A stretch of 64,000 bases of DNA, taken from the NCBI GenBank assembly GCA_050273025.1, contig CP158635.1, positions 16,430,001 to 16,494,000 of the forward strand. Reading direction: 5' to 3'. The position numbers and the translations under genes are program-made. Below, in pieces: positions 1 through 12,248 of this stretch. Position 1 is the stretch's first letter, and every line of letters begins with the position of its first letter. The notes below the pieces were generated by a model. The model worked only from the letters and a program-made list of their open reading frames with translations, was not told where the DNA came from and ran no database searches. This DNA is from Cenococcum geophilum. Taxonomy: Eukaryota.

Positions 1-3000
1 TAAAGCGTAAATTAAATATACGGACGCCTTGCGGAATATCTCTCTCTATTATAATCGCAAAAACACCCTTTTTAAGTAGTCCATTAATCTCTTTACGTCA
101 TAAGTCCGTAAATAGGGTTTCCTGTACTAGAACTAATATATCCGCAGGCGGAGGTTGCCTTACAGATATTGCTGCGGAGGTTAGGTAATTCTCTATTATA
201 GGGTTCTTGGTTACAGGGTGCTTTCAGGGGCATCCTTAACCACGCTTTATAATAGGTTTAGTAGGTTTAGTAGGTTTCTAGGAGACTTCTAGGGTAGGCA
301 AGGGTGCTTCCAGTTCATCTAATTCGGTAGTCGCTTTTAGTTCATCTAGTTCGGCGGTTGCTTTTAGTTTGTCTAGCTTAACGTCATAGGTGGTTTTGGG
401 CCGAAAGTAGGGTTTTACAGACGTGCTTCTAAAGCTAGTTGGCCCGCTAGGGAGCTATATACAGCACGTCTCGTTTTCTACAGCTAGTAGATAATAAGGT
501 CTAGTTCACTTGCCGCTTTTACGCCATATAAGGACTTTAGAGTTAAGCGGGAGGTCGTATACTAGGGTTATATTAGGTCTATTACGGTAATATAGGGCGC
601 TATTAACAGCTTATTTGGCCTATAGCTTAACTATCTTAGCCATTGCCTTCCGTATTACAGCTGCTCGTTCTGTAATAAACAGGGCAGGAGGATCTAGGTT
701 ACTTATCCTTAGGTAGGCTCCATAGACTAAGAGGGTAGGTACTAGTCCGTCTAGGCCAGCGGTGTCATTGACGGCTTTTACAGCCATCTGTAGAGCCAGT
801 TCCTTTTAGATGTTCTTACATTCGTCCGTAATAATCTAATAAGCTCTCTATAAGGCTAGGTAAGCTCGCTTAACAAGCCCAACGAACTAATACGCCTTAA
901 CTAGAACAGCTTTTATTAATATAGCCATAGCTATAGCATACTACTAGAATTCCTTACTAATAAAGTTCCTACCAGCGTCGTGGGTAATATACTCAGGAGG
1001 TCTAACGTACGTATCAATCCAGCAGGTCCGTAAAATATCCCAAGTATACTTTACGGATATATTTTACAACTAACAGGCGGCTTAGTAGCGGGTTACCTTA
1101 TTAATTATATATAGTACTAGGCTGCCGTTAATATACATAATGTCTACGTATACTAAATAGTTGAAGTTAAGATCCTTATAAAGGGTAAACTTAAATCGGC
1201 CTAGAGAACGTCCGTATTTCTAGCAGTAGGAGCAGTATTTAGTTAGGTGGTTAATTGCCTTCCTATTAACGTCGTTATATCCAGAGCGTTTAAGGACTCT
1301 ATACAGCTTTTCAGCTAATAGGTGGCCGAAACGGCGGTACAGGCAGTGGATTTCCGTACTGGTAAGGTAGCACGGGTTATAGTCAAAAGATTCCTAAATA
1401 TACGTCCGTAAGGTCTCTCCCTATATAAGGAACGGGTATCCAAATCGTCGTATAATTGGCAGGGTAATATGCTTACTTCCTAGGGTAGTTACAGGGCTAA
1501 TTAGGGTGTCCGTAATATTGTTATAGTAAACCTATAACCTATCTATATCCGCAAGATAAAGTAGGAAGGGGGTGTCTACTTTTACTACGTGGAAGTCAAC
1601 TAGGCTAATTGGGGTCTTAACTATAACTAATCTAATTAATGCAGTTAAGCCAATGCCGAATTAGACGTTTACGGCCCCAGTTTACATAGTATTAATGTCC
1701 GTAGTATCATTTACGGTGGTCTTATATGCAAGGTATTGTCCGTAACCTACAGTAGACTTCTTAGAGGCACCTATATCAATCATAACGCCATAGAATTCTT
1801 TGGGGGTATAGCGTTCTATAGTAATATATACAAATAGGTCCTATTCGCGGTCCATAACATCTATAACAGGTCCAACGGGTATACTTACGGGCCAGTTTTT
1901 AGGTGCAATTGAGTGTGTAAAGGAGCGGTTAGCTAATGCGGTCATAGTATTAAAGGCTTAGCTATCCGTAAAAGGTCTAAAAGTAGTTAGGAATATCTCT
2001 AAGGTCTCTTATTCCTAAGCGTCTAAGTTAAAGTTAATTATAAGGGCTTCTATTAACTTATTAGGGGGCTCTTCTACTTCCTCTCCTTTATATTCCAAAA
2101 TAAACTAGTTAATATAGCTATTAAGTCTCTTCCTAGACTTATTACGTTCTTCCTGGGTATACCTTATAAACTAATATCCTTCCTTACCGCACACAAAGCA
2201 CTTCTGGCTAGTTCGTCTATAGGGGTATGCTTTTATATAGGGGTTGCTACAAGGGTTATAGGTAGGACTTAGTCGGTACGGGTGCTGCTAGCAGTAGCGG
2301 CGGTCCATAAAGTAGACGTCTAAGTCTATTTACGGATATTAAATATCCGCAATAAAGGCTTAAGTGCTGCCTGGTGGGTTTAAGACTTTATACATTATAA
2401 TAGAGGAGCGTAGATTATTAATAAGGCTAGCTAAGGTGTCTGCAGGCTTATAATAGGCGTACTTACAGGGCTCTACTTCCTAGTAGGCCGTAATAAGTTT
2501 ATTGTGCAGGAAGTCGTCTGTTCGAAGCTTAGCGTTAAGGCCGTGCTATAAATGCTAGAGGTCTTTAATAAGGATTTACAGACACTCTATAGTCAATTTT
2601 TCGGTATTCTTATTAATTACGGTCCGTAGCTTAGTTACATTCCATTAGGTAAGAATATTACGCTTATATTCCGGTCCTTTAAAGTAGTTATATATAGCTT
2701 CGCATAGCTTATTAAAGGGGACACCAAGGGGGTTACTTTTAAGGTTGGTATAGTAGTGGTTAAGTGCTAGGCCGCGCAGTATAGTAGAGTAGGCTTGGCT
2801 GAACTCTTGTTTAGAAATATTAGCCTTTTAGCAAAGGTCCGTAAAGATAGTTAGTTTAAAGTTAAAGTTATCGTTTTTACCGCTATACTTAGATTCGTTA
2901 GTATAGAGCTTAGCTAGATTAGCTAGTTCCTTACTATAGGTCTTTACTTAGGTGCGTTACGGATCTATAACTTATAGATCTATAGCTTACGGATATATAG

Positions 3001-4249
3001 CTTACGGATATATAGTTTACAGATATATAGCTTGCGGATCTATAACTTAGGTAGGTTGCGGATCTATAGCTTTATTAACGGAAGGGTTTTAGTCTATATT
3101 TTGGTTTACGGGGGTATTACGGTCTATAACTTAGGTACTAGGTATACTTTGGCCTATAAGATTAATTCCGAAACTGCTTAGGTTTATAGAACGAGTTTAG
3201 TTAAGTGGGTTAGGTATAAGGCTAGCGATTATATTAAGTTTAGAAGAAGTAAAAAGTTCCTTAGTTTCTTAGAACTGGTCTAGGATTTCCTCTTTAGTCT
3301 ATTCCGTTTAGTCCTTTTTATATATTATATTGTATAAGGACTATACAACAGTAACTTATTTATTCCTTTTAACCTATACACCTTAGTTATATAAGAGGGT
3401 CCGTAGGTTACGGATAGTAATAGGGTTACATGCTTTAAAGATAGCTTCCGTAAAGTCCGCGAAGTCTTCCTAGTATTGCTCCTATAGGTCAACGTTTATA
3501 AGCTTAAAATATTCATATTTAAGAACTTTAAATTTAATGTAGTTATTGACGTTAGGTATAGACGTAAGGTCGACTCCCTACCTCCACTTTTCTTAACCTT
3601 TATCAACTTGCTTTCTTAGGTCTGCTATACTCTATTGTGTAGTATAGTATATAGTGGGTAGGAGGGGTCTTATAGTGGTCCGTAAAGGTAATTAATGGGT
3701 CCGTAACGGTTTATAAAAGGGTAAGAGGTCTCTATAAGGGGTCTAAAAAGAGGTCGGGGGAGGTATAGTAGGAATAGGGGTTCAAGGTTTAGGGGTAAGG
3801 GTTCTATACAGGTCTATATTCGCGTCTATTATACTTCCGGTAAACCGTACTAAGACTTAAATAAGTATACAAAGTTAGAGATAAGTCCGTAATCCCCAAC
3901 TTCTAACCTTCTAGTAGGTCGTACTAGGAGTCTAAACAGGTAGTCGCTATCAAGTATCGCTTGGGGGAGGTATCGAGTGATTGCTGATCTATACGCGCTC
4001 ACTAATCAGTGTTCGTACTAACTTAATAGCACAAGTAAGTTATATCCAGGGGCACGAAATACGTGTAGTATTATATGCTCGTTTGGATAGTAACTGTTAA
4101 TTATATGAAGCAGACTACGTAGTCTATATACTGATGCGCCTCCCCCCTAATTAGTTAGTGCTTTAAAAGTGCACCAGACGCGTAAGCGGGTGGTTAGTGC
4201 ACCAAACGCGTAAGCACGCGGTTGGTACGACAGGTGCTGTAATTATACA
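1..4249 (-). mobile_element. RIP-inactivated Ty1/Copia LTR retrotransposon, 5' part (5' LTR, gag, protease, integrase); continues beyond the left edge
   Basis: Minus-strand translation gives KCFVCGK zinc knuckle (~2185-2205), LYRRFGH (RIP form of LHRRFGH, ~1321-1343) and integrase ELALQMAVKAVNDTAGLDGLVPTLLVYGAY (~715-805). Many TAA/TAG stops and strong TpA excess. Confidence 0.9.
4095..4249 (-). repeat. Probable 5' LTR of the left Copia element
   Basis: TGTTAA...TACA boundaries, followed on the minus strand by GTTACTATC (PBS-like). Internal direct repeat GTGCACCA(G/A)ACGCGTAAGC. The partner LTR is outside the window, so the ends are approximate. Confidence 0.55.
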
Positions 4250-6895
4250 ACTATATTAAGGAAACTATTTATCTTAAGCTTCTTTATTATGTATCTTTTA
4301 CTACTTAGTTACGCCTTAATATCTAAATCTAGCTATATCTAGATGAGGATATGGTTTAAGGTAAGTGCCTATTCTTCTTTAGGGTTATATCTTTTAAGTC
4401 TCTAGTATAGGCCTTCGTCTATAAATATAAGGTTAATTATACTTCTAGAGGTTTCTTATTGCTATATAGTTACTCCTAGGGGGGTGGCTAACTTAAGGCC
4501 CTAGGTGTCTATAGCTCTTAATAGGCACTCTACCTATTAATTAGCAGTAATATAGATACCCCCCTACCACGGGTGGTAGAGGTTTATGTCTCCTAGTAGA
4601 ATGGACTCTATACCTTTGGTTTTTAGTAAGCTTATTACTAATATAATATTCTTTATTTATAGGACCCCTTTAACCCTAGGGTTATATATATTAATAATTT
4701 ATACCGGTCCCCTATATATCTAGATTGTTATAACTATAATATCTAGGTTAACTACCTGCTATAACTATAAGGATAGGCTGATAGCCTTGCTAATTATAAA
4801 GCATACGTATATGGCTGCTTTTGGTTCGTATAGGAGCTGGAATCCTTAGGGGTAGTATATTAATTATATGTAGGTATTATAGTACGGCTCTTATATAGTA
4901 AGGATATAGTATTTCTCTAGGTCTAGACTGTTTAGTAAAGGCCTTGTAAGACGGTGGTTTATATTGCTGTAGTTATACTATATAATAGATAGGTGGCGGA
5001 CCCCTAGTAAGGGTCCTTTGCCTCTCCTTTATTCCTTACTTCTTCTGTTTTTATTTTCTCTAGGATATTTAGAACTTCTATCTCTTGTGTTTATACCCTA
5101 GTTACTACTTATTTTATATAGAGCTTTTTATTTCTATATTTTGTGTTTCTACTAGCGCTTCTATATCTAAATCTGTTATTATCTCTAGTTTTTCCCCTAT
5201 TCTTACTAGCTAGCTATATGCCCTTTATAGGTTGGCTATAAATATTATATTTGCCGCATTAAATCTAATTTTTAATTATTCTAGTTTTAAGCTTGCTGTA
5301 GCTGTCTATAAGGGTCTTTCTACTAAGCATCCTCTCCCTTATATCCCCTATAACTCTTATATCCCTATATAGTCTAGTAATATTATACGGCGCCGCTTCT
5401 AGCCTATTAAGGCTTAGGATGGCTGGCCTAGCCCCCTAATACTAAAGGTAGGAAACGCTAGAAAGGCATCTATGTCCCCCTAGCTTATTGCCTATTGTTT
5501 CCATTTATATAACCTAGCGTGTAGTTATTCCCGTAGCTGTTAAGCCCTTACCTTCCGCCTCCTATATTTAATGTAGTCTTCTCTCTCCTACGCCTTATAT
5601 GTGCTTTGGTGGCAGTTTACGCATTTTATTTAGTCTTAATTTAAGTAGTGTCTTATATTATGGGGGCCTGTATAGTAGCTATATCATACTTATACTGCGC
5701 ATATAGATTAAGTATATCCCTATTATACGCAGCGGTAGCATCGTTTTAGGCGTAGTCTATAGTTATAAAGCCTTGCGTTGTATATAAGGCTATTTATAAT
5801 TATTCCTTTTTAGATAAGGAGTTTTTGCATTCCTAGTATATATATGCTGACGATAAGGGAGCTATATATTTAACTGGCGTTTTCCTAGCAAATCTCTAGC
5901 GACCCTTATATCCTCTTATTATTCTTATTATTTACTTAGTTTATATTTTCCTATTAAAGCTATTAGATTTAGGTAATCTTAAGGCCTAGTATAAGGCGTT
6001 CTATATATTTTACTATCTCTTATATAGTTACTATATTGTCCGCCTAGCGTCCCTTTTCTACCCTAAGGCTTATAGGAACCGCTAGGACTTTAACTAGGTA
6101 GTCTTTATAGAGCACTTTTATGCTAATATATTCTCCTAGCCTATCCCCTACCCTTACGGCTTATTCCTTTGCCTATTAGTCCTTTAAGGTAACTTTAATA
6201 TCTCCACTCCTAAGGTATTGGACTATAACTGCGTTATAGACCTCTTTATAAATCTTTATAAGGACTTCTATTTCTAATTATCCCCTAAGCCCCTTTACTT
6301 TTTCTATATTTAGTTATATTATAATTATATACCCAGTTATTATCTTAAGGGGGGTAGGTTCCCTATACTATAAAAGCGTAGTTATAGCGGCCTAGGTACA
6401 GTTTACCGGTAAGGGGGGTTTTTATTTATTTTTAATTTTACTTAGCCGTTAGAGGATTTAATTAAGGGTTTACTAGAGGGGCGCCTAAGGTTCGCTAGAC
6501 TAGCGGAGCCATTCTGCTAGCTATATTAGTTTATTATAGCTAATAGTTACTCCCCTATAATTCTAGATACTAGACGCGTCTAGTAGGCTTTATATTTTAT
6601 TAGATGCCTTCTTAATAGAGGTATTTCCGCTTTATAGTGTGGTATTTACCCGTCTTTATTATAGAGGGCCGTTATTAGGCGTAGATCTGGTAGTTACGCG
6701 CGAGTACGAGCCACCGTCGGTTGACGTGTGCCTCCCCTACGATGTATGCATCTTAGGGGGATTCTCTAGGTGTTTTTCAGGGTTCTTTTTGGTTGGTTTT
6801 GGTCTTTTTAGGCTAGGTGCAGCAAGAGCTCCTCTCTACTTAACCTATATAGCTAGTATTTAAAACTATATTATATACTTAATTACTAAGGTTTA
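4250..6895 (-). mobile_element. RIP-inactivated non-LTR retrotransposon (Tad1-like LINE): ORF1 and start of ORF2 endonuclease, interrupted by the Copia
   Basis: Minus strand GDINLYHPW*GG (~4560-4594) is the APE motif GD.NLHHP.WGG. Gag-like RCYRC...AGPH Cys/His cluster at ~5650-5745. 5' boundary approximate. Confidence 0.8.
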
Positions 6896-7900
6896 TTATA
6901 TTAGGTTTTAGAACTTTTATTTTACTATAGTTGTTATTTCTAGGTCTGTAAATATTTATATAAATTAGTTTATAAATCCATTCTAGCTTAAAAAATATAT
7001 ACTTAAATTTTAGGTTAGTAGTTATATCTTTATACTCTTATATCTTAATAAGGTAAGGTTTAAACTACTTAAGTACTCTTCCTATTAGGAATAGTCCCGC
7101 GTAAACTACTTAGTCTATTAGCGTAGCGAGCTTTATATCTTTCTATATTACTTTAAAACGTATTTATACTAAAAACCCCTTAAATTTTAACTTTTCTTCT
7201 AAAAATCGTTTAACTGATAATAACTTAACCTTTACTGCTCTAATTCCATTAATTTATTTTTTAAGTATTTAATTATTATCTATTAATTCGTTAACCATTT
7301 CTTATAATTAACCTACCGTAATAAGCTGTAAGTTAGTATCCCCGCTTATTTCTAAAGTAGTTACTATTATTAACGGCGTTATAACTAGTGCTTTTAGTAG
7401 TATATTGCTTAACTTATTAATACTATAACTAAGTAGTAAATATATAATAAAGCCTTATAGAAGATACTACGGTGGACTTATTATTAGGCTAGGTATATAG
7501 GTAATAAATAAGTTAACAACGTTAATATAATTAGCTATATAACTTAGCTACCTCTTATTTTATTACTTAATTAATTCTAGCGCCTTTTATACTATCTTAA
7601 CTAATCTATTTATATCTCTTTTTAGTAGTTTTACTACTACTAATATAAGGTCTATAATACTATTCCCCTCCTTTATCTTTATTCTTAAAAATATTTCCTA
7701 TCTTTAAGTTATCTATTAAAGGTATAGCATTTCTATCTTTAATTTAATAACCTTTATTATTTCTAATACCTTTTATTAGATCTTTTATATTTAACTATTA
7801 TAATTAGCTAATAACTGTAATTCTTTTATTTAATAATACTAAACCTTAATAAAGGCTAGAGATAGTTTACTCTATAGTTTTTTAGCCGCTTTTAATATAT
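6896..7900 (-). mobile_element. RIP-inactivated Gypsy fragment D: 3' internal end + PPT + shortened LTR (7443-7659) + leader/gag
   Basis: 6900-7440 aligns by eye to the Gypsy C leader/gag (GRVLK*FKPYL, de-RIP GRALEWFEPYL). 7660-7740 reverse complement matches the Gypsy C pre-LTR/PPT region (AAAGATAAAGGAGGGGAATAG vs AAAGATAAAGAGGAGGGAGATGG). Confidence 0.75.
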
Positions 7901-8291
7901 ACGACCCTATAAGAAATTAGATAAGGCACTAAATAAGTATAAAGAATATTAAAACGTGTATATTTAGCGTTGGAGATAGATTAAATATTATAAGATAACC
8001 GCATATTTGCTTATATATACTTAGTATATAAAGAATATTAGCAACTAAATAGAGAAGCTCTATATAAGGCTCTATACGAGGTTCTGCTCGAAGCTCTATT
8101 AAAGCTCTGCTCATAGCTCTGCACGAGGCTCTGTGCAAAACTTTATACTTAAGAAAGCTGGCCTACAGCGCGATAGAGGTATATGATTTGCGAAGCAGAT
8201 CCATACCTGCTCTTATGTATAAATAAAAATAATTAATTACTATAAACTAGAAGTATTAGCTAAAAGCAACAGCGAAGCATTACTACGGCCG

Positions 8292-10472
8292 TTAGGTATT
8301 TTCTTGCCGATTTGTCTCTTGGCCCTGCTCTTCTACCCTCGGCGTCGTTGTACTAGGGGTCGTTCTCGTCGGGCTCAAACTCTCGCTGCCCCTCGCTCCC
8401 CCCGCAGCGGTAGTAATGTCCATGTTCTCATCTACATCCCCTGGACTCAGAACCCTGGGGCTCATAGCCATTGGACTCATGCTCCCGCTCCCCCTCGCTC
8501 GTGTTATACGTGGCCTCGCCTGGCCTTCCGTCACTGGTGTCACTTGCCCGGGACTTTCTGCTCCTGGCGTCATGGCACCAGGTGTCATGGCTGAAGGAGA
8601 CATGCTGCCGCTCGCACGTGCTCGCCGCACCACGGGCTCGAAATGTTGCCCCTCAACGATGAAGCCGCTGTCATCGCCATGTAATTCATGCACGGGTGGA
8701 TCGCCTAGGCTTTGCTCGGCTTCTCCTCTAGCTTCTCTCCTCCTTCTGCTAAGATTCACGTCGAAATATTCATGCACACTGCTTCTCTGCCCCGGGCTCG
8801 TTGATGAAGGCTGGGATTCCAGTTCCGGTACCTCTGGCGGGCTTTCGAGTTCTTGCAACGGAATCTCTAGAATAGGGGCCGGTGGGAACTTCTCAGTGCC
8901 AGTGACTGGGTCCCAATAACCTCCGTTGGACGAAAAGCGTGGCGGTGGTGAGCCCGGCGGGTTAGAGGCAAGTTCACTAATTCGCCGTTCCTTGACTTGT
9001 TCACCAGCGGTTAGAGTATCGATCGCGTATTTCTTTAGGAGCTCATTTTGCTTTTGCTTGTGTCGCCAGACGAAGTAGCAGATAATGCCGATAATGAGAA
9101 GAATGGCTACGGCAGCGCCGATCGCTATGCCCGCTATTACGCCGGCGCCTAGGCTAGAAGGTTTTTTGGGCAATGGTGTAGATGAGCCGGAAGGCTGAGG
9201 CGACGGAAAGGCATTGGAGTATATTGGCACGAGGTGAGAACTTGGCATCGGATTAGAAAAGGTGGCAGGAGCCACTGTGAAAGTGAAATTTTCGTAGTTA
9301 ACGATAAGGTAAGTCTCTTGGAGGAAAGCACGACCAAGGATGTAAGGGCCCGGTGAGCGCTTGATGGGAAAGTAGCGTCGTGAGCTGTTAGTGAATATGG
9401 GAAAACCCATCTGGAGATCGAACGCGGCGTAGGGTAATACGATGGAGGTTGCGTCTGAGCCGGAAGCAGCGGTAGCTCCAATTGTGAAAGAGACAGTGGC
9501 ATTTTGTTGCTGATTGTGCGCGTGCGAAGTGTCGTTGACCAGATATAACTCGGTGTCGTTATCCCAGGTAAGCTGGAATCTGTCCGCGAATTTATCGCAT
9601 ACGGATTGCGGAAGCCATAGATAAGGAAGCGTTGAGTCAATCAATGCTAGAAATCCGGACGAGGTCATTGAGTATTGATTCGAGTCAACGCTAGGCTCTG
9701 GTATGACCAGAATTGATTGCACGCCAGCAATAAGGGAGCTATTGCTATTGCCAGGCATTGGTATAGTTATGCCAGTCCTACATCGTGACTGATCGTAGCC
9801 ACCAAAGACGAGATTCCCTGGAACACCACTGTTTCGATATTGAGCGCCGGCTGTATATCCATAGGACAAACTCGGGATCAAACTGTTGCCGCTGTAATCA
9901 GCCAAAAATGTGGAGTATGGTTTATTTGCGAGAGTGAAGGCAGTATCTGAGAGGCCGAAGCTGCCCATGAAGAAATCTTCCGTGTTTATGCCAGCCACTA
10001 ATATTGACCCAAACTGTGGGCTAAATTTCGAATCAATGCCTAGGCCTACCGTGGTAAGACCGTACGAGCCGTTCGGGTTACTCTCAGGCGTATACTGTAG
10101 ATCTTGGAGAATGGGCGGCTGTTGAAGACTGTAGAGTCCAAGTTGGGTCCAATTCTGGGTTTTCTGGGAATCAAAGCCTAGGCTCTGTTTGCTGTCGAAG
10201 ATTTGGACTCCGCGATGCTCTGCACAAGTGCTTTGGTCAGGCTCAGTGCACCAGGAAGCTTCCAGCGGTATCCAGACCATCTGGCCACTAGTGGAGATGT
10301 GAACCTTGAAGTTTTGGCCGGTTGTCCCAGCATCACTACCGTTTGACCCATTGTCGCCGATGTTGATTACGAAAGTAGACCACGACCCATCGTTTCCATC
10401 GAACGTTCCGCTGGGCGGAAAGAGGTAGGGCGCTGGGATAGTCGTGTTTTCGGCCCGCCTGTTCAGCGCCAT
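8292..10472 (-). CDS. Single-pass membrane protein with pepsin-like (A1 aspartic protease) ectodomain and degenerate catalytic motifs
   Basis: 763-aa ORF. Likely start is the CCCACCATGG Met at 10472, after a probable 5' UTR intron (10522-10603). DGNDGSWSTF, LVFGGYD, LIDST and ILGRAFLQ are pepsin-fold motifs. TM segment GVIAGIAIGAAVAILLIIGIICYFVW is followed by a basic stop-transfer and a low-complexity tail. Confidence 0.85.
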   Translation of the reverse strand: MALNRRAENTTIPAPYLFPPSGTFDGNDGSWSTFVINIGDNGSNGSDAGTTGQNFKVHISTSGQMVWIPLEASWCTEPDQSTCAEHRGVQIFDSKQSLGFDSQKTQNWTQLGLYSLQQPPILQDLQYTPESNPNGSYGLTTVGLGIDSKFSPQFGSILVAGINTEDFFMGSFGLSDTAFTLANKPYSTFLADYSGNSLIPSLSYGYTAGAQYRNSGVPGNLVFGGYDQSRCRTGITIPMPGNSNSSLIAGVQSILVIPEPSVDSNQYSMTSSGFLALIDSTLPYLWLPQSVCDKFADRFQLTWDNDTELYLVNDTSHAHNQQQNATVSFTIGATAASGSDATSIVLPYAAFDLQMGFPIFTNSSRRYFPIKRSPGPYILGRAFLQETYLIVNYENFTFTVAPATFSNPMPSSHLVPIYSNAFPSPQPSGSSTPLPKKPSSLGAGVIAGIAIGAAVAILLIIGIICYFVWRHKQKQNELLKKYAIDTLTAGEQVKERRISELASNPPGSPPPRFSSNGGYWDPVTGTEKFPPAPILEIPLQELESPPEVPELESQPSSTSPGQRSSVHEYFDVNLSRRRREARGEAEQSLGDPPVHELHGDDSGFIVEGQHFEPVVRRARASGSMSPSAMTPGAMTPGAESPGQVTPVTEGQARPRITRARGSGSMSPMAMSPRVLSPGDVDENMDITTAAGGARGSESLSPTRTTPSTTTPRVEEQGQETNRQENT

Positions 10473-12248
10473 GGTGGGCAGATTGTCATCGCGGGCGCTC
10501 AAGGAAAGTGAGGTGCGCAGCCTGATGTAATTAGTCATTGCTTTGGGAGAGATGGAACGTCTCAGGCTAGCTGTCAAGGACATGGCGAATGGAGGAAACG
10601 TACTTTTCGAAGAGCTGTGCGGCAGCCTGAGGTTACAGCTGTATTCGGGCTTGACGGAAGACTTGCGAGACCTTTCAATGACTAGTCGGTAGGAAGCTCG
10701 GCACTGGAAGCTACGAAGCCTGCAACAGAAGATGACATGTGCGGAACAGCGGTATAAGGTGGAGTTAGGCTGAAGATTGATTTCAGAAGAGGAAAGTTGA
10801 ACATGCGACAGAGGTGAAAGGATACATGCATAAATGACGATCGTAGATTATAACGAGGCAGAGCACAAGAGACGAGGAAGAGATGAGAGCAGCTTGGACG
10901 ATGTGGTGCCATGCATAGTCCAGAACCAGCGATCACATGGGCTAAATGCCGAAGCCGATAGGAATTATTGGCTAACAAAATTACATTAGATGCATCGCTG
11001 AGTACTAGCAGCGTGATGGTGGTGGCAGGGCCTGAGATGGCTGCAGGTGGGGTGTGGGGGACTGCAGATGGGGCCAATGGCAACGGCGTTGGCCAACGAC
11101 AGGCTCGTCCTATTACAAGGGGGCAACCTGAGCAGGTCACTCGCCCTCCCTGCAAGCTTTGATGACATTATAGTAATATCCTGGGAAAATAGTAAGTACA
11201 CGGCTATAATGCCACCAGAACTTGCGAGTGGCCCGCTCAGGTTGCCCCCTTGTACGATCAAGCGAACCGGGCCGCCTTCCTATCTGCAAGGCTGAAGGAT
11301 TCTTCCCGCGGCCGGTTCTGCTATTCGTGCGAATTGCTGGTTACCCAACCTGCCCAACCTGACTGGGCCCGTCGCAGGGTCCAGAGCCTTGGCCCCAATC
11401 TATTTTAATCTGCGATTCCAGGCCCAGTCCGCGCTGCTAGTCGGCTTCCGGCGATTGACCAGCTGAAAGCTTAACCCTCAACACCCCAGCGCAGGCCGTG
11501 CAGCCCACCGACCGCTCCCAACGCCAAGCAAGCGGGGTCGTTTTCTACATCGGGCGCCGCTAGTCGCCTGCTAGCTAGCCTCTCGCCTGTCTTTTGCACA
11601 AGTTATAGCCTGCCCCAATACGACATTGATTGAAATGGCACACTGGGGCTTTACTGGCGCAGGCACTTGCCTTCAGCCTTCGCAGGCTCTTGCTGCGGTG
11701 CACCTGTTCAAATACTCTGGCCCTGCTGCCCCAACATGCGTGCCAGAAGCCCCACAGATTCCCATCGTTTAGTAAGTCATCTCTTGCATCATGTTGTCCG
11801 CTCTTCAGCCTTGCGCTTTCTAGGCACTGCTAAAATCCCCGAGTCGCTACCGTTCATTTTATGCTTTTCACGCGGTGTAACGGCAAGGATAAACGCCTGC
11901 TCAGCATTGGCGGCTGGCCCGCTTAGATCCATTCTTGGTCTTGATCTTGTGTCACGTGTAACGCTCTCGTGCATCCCTTCTTGTGCGATTCATCCTTCTC
12001 TAGAATGCTTGACGTTGTGCCCCTCGGCGTACATTTCGCATTCGTCTCATGCTGTCTGCTAGGAAATGGTCTATTGGTGTTGCTTGAATAATGCCTTGAA
12101 CTTTCCTCGAGAACTTGTCTGAACGTCGTGCACAATCGTCTCAGGACTTTTTTGCTGCGTTCGAGAGCCCATCGCTGACGAGCATGACACGCAGATCTAA
12201 GCCCGTTCGGCCGCTCGTTCAGCCTACATAGGCATTCGCCCGTTCAAA

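Noticed and set aside
7908..8147. Solo LTR with GCTCT repeats
   Set aside because: TE-like and AT-rich, but no matching TSD or partner LTR in the window; boundaries unsupported.
10682..12135. Several 60-157-aa ORFs between the two island genes
   Set aside because: Overlapping on both strands, many non-ATG starts and no recognisable motifs; interpreted as divergent promoter/UTR.
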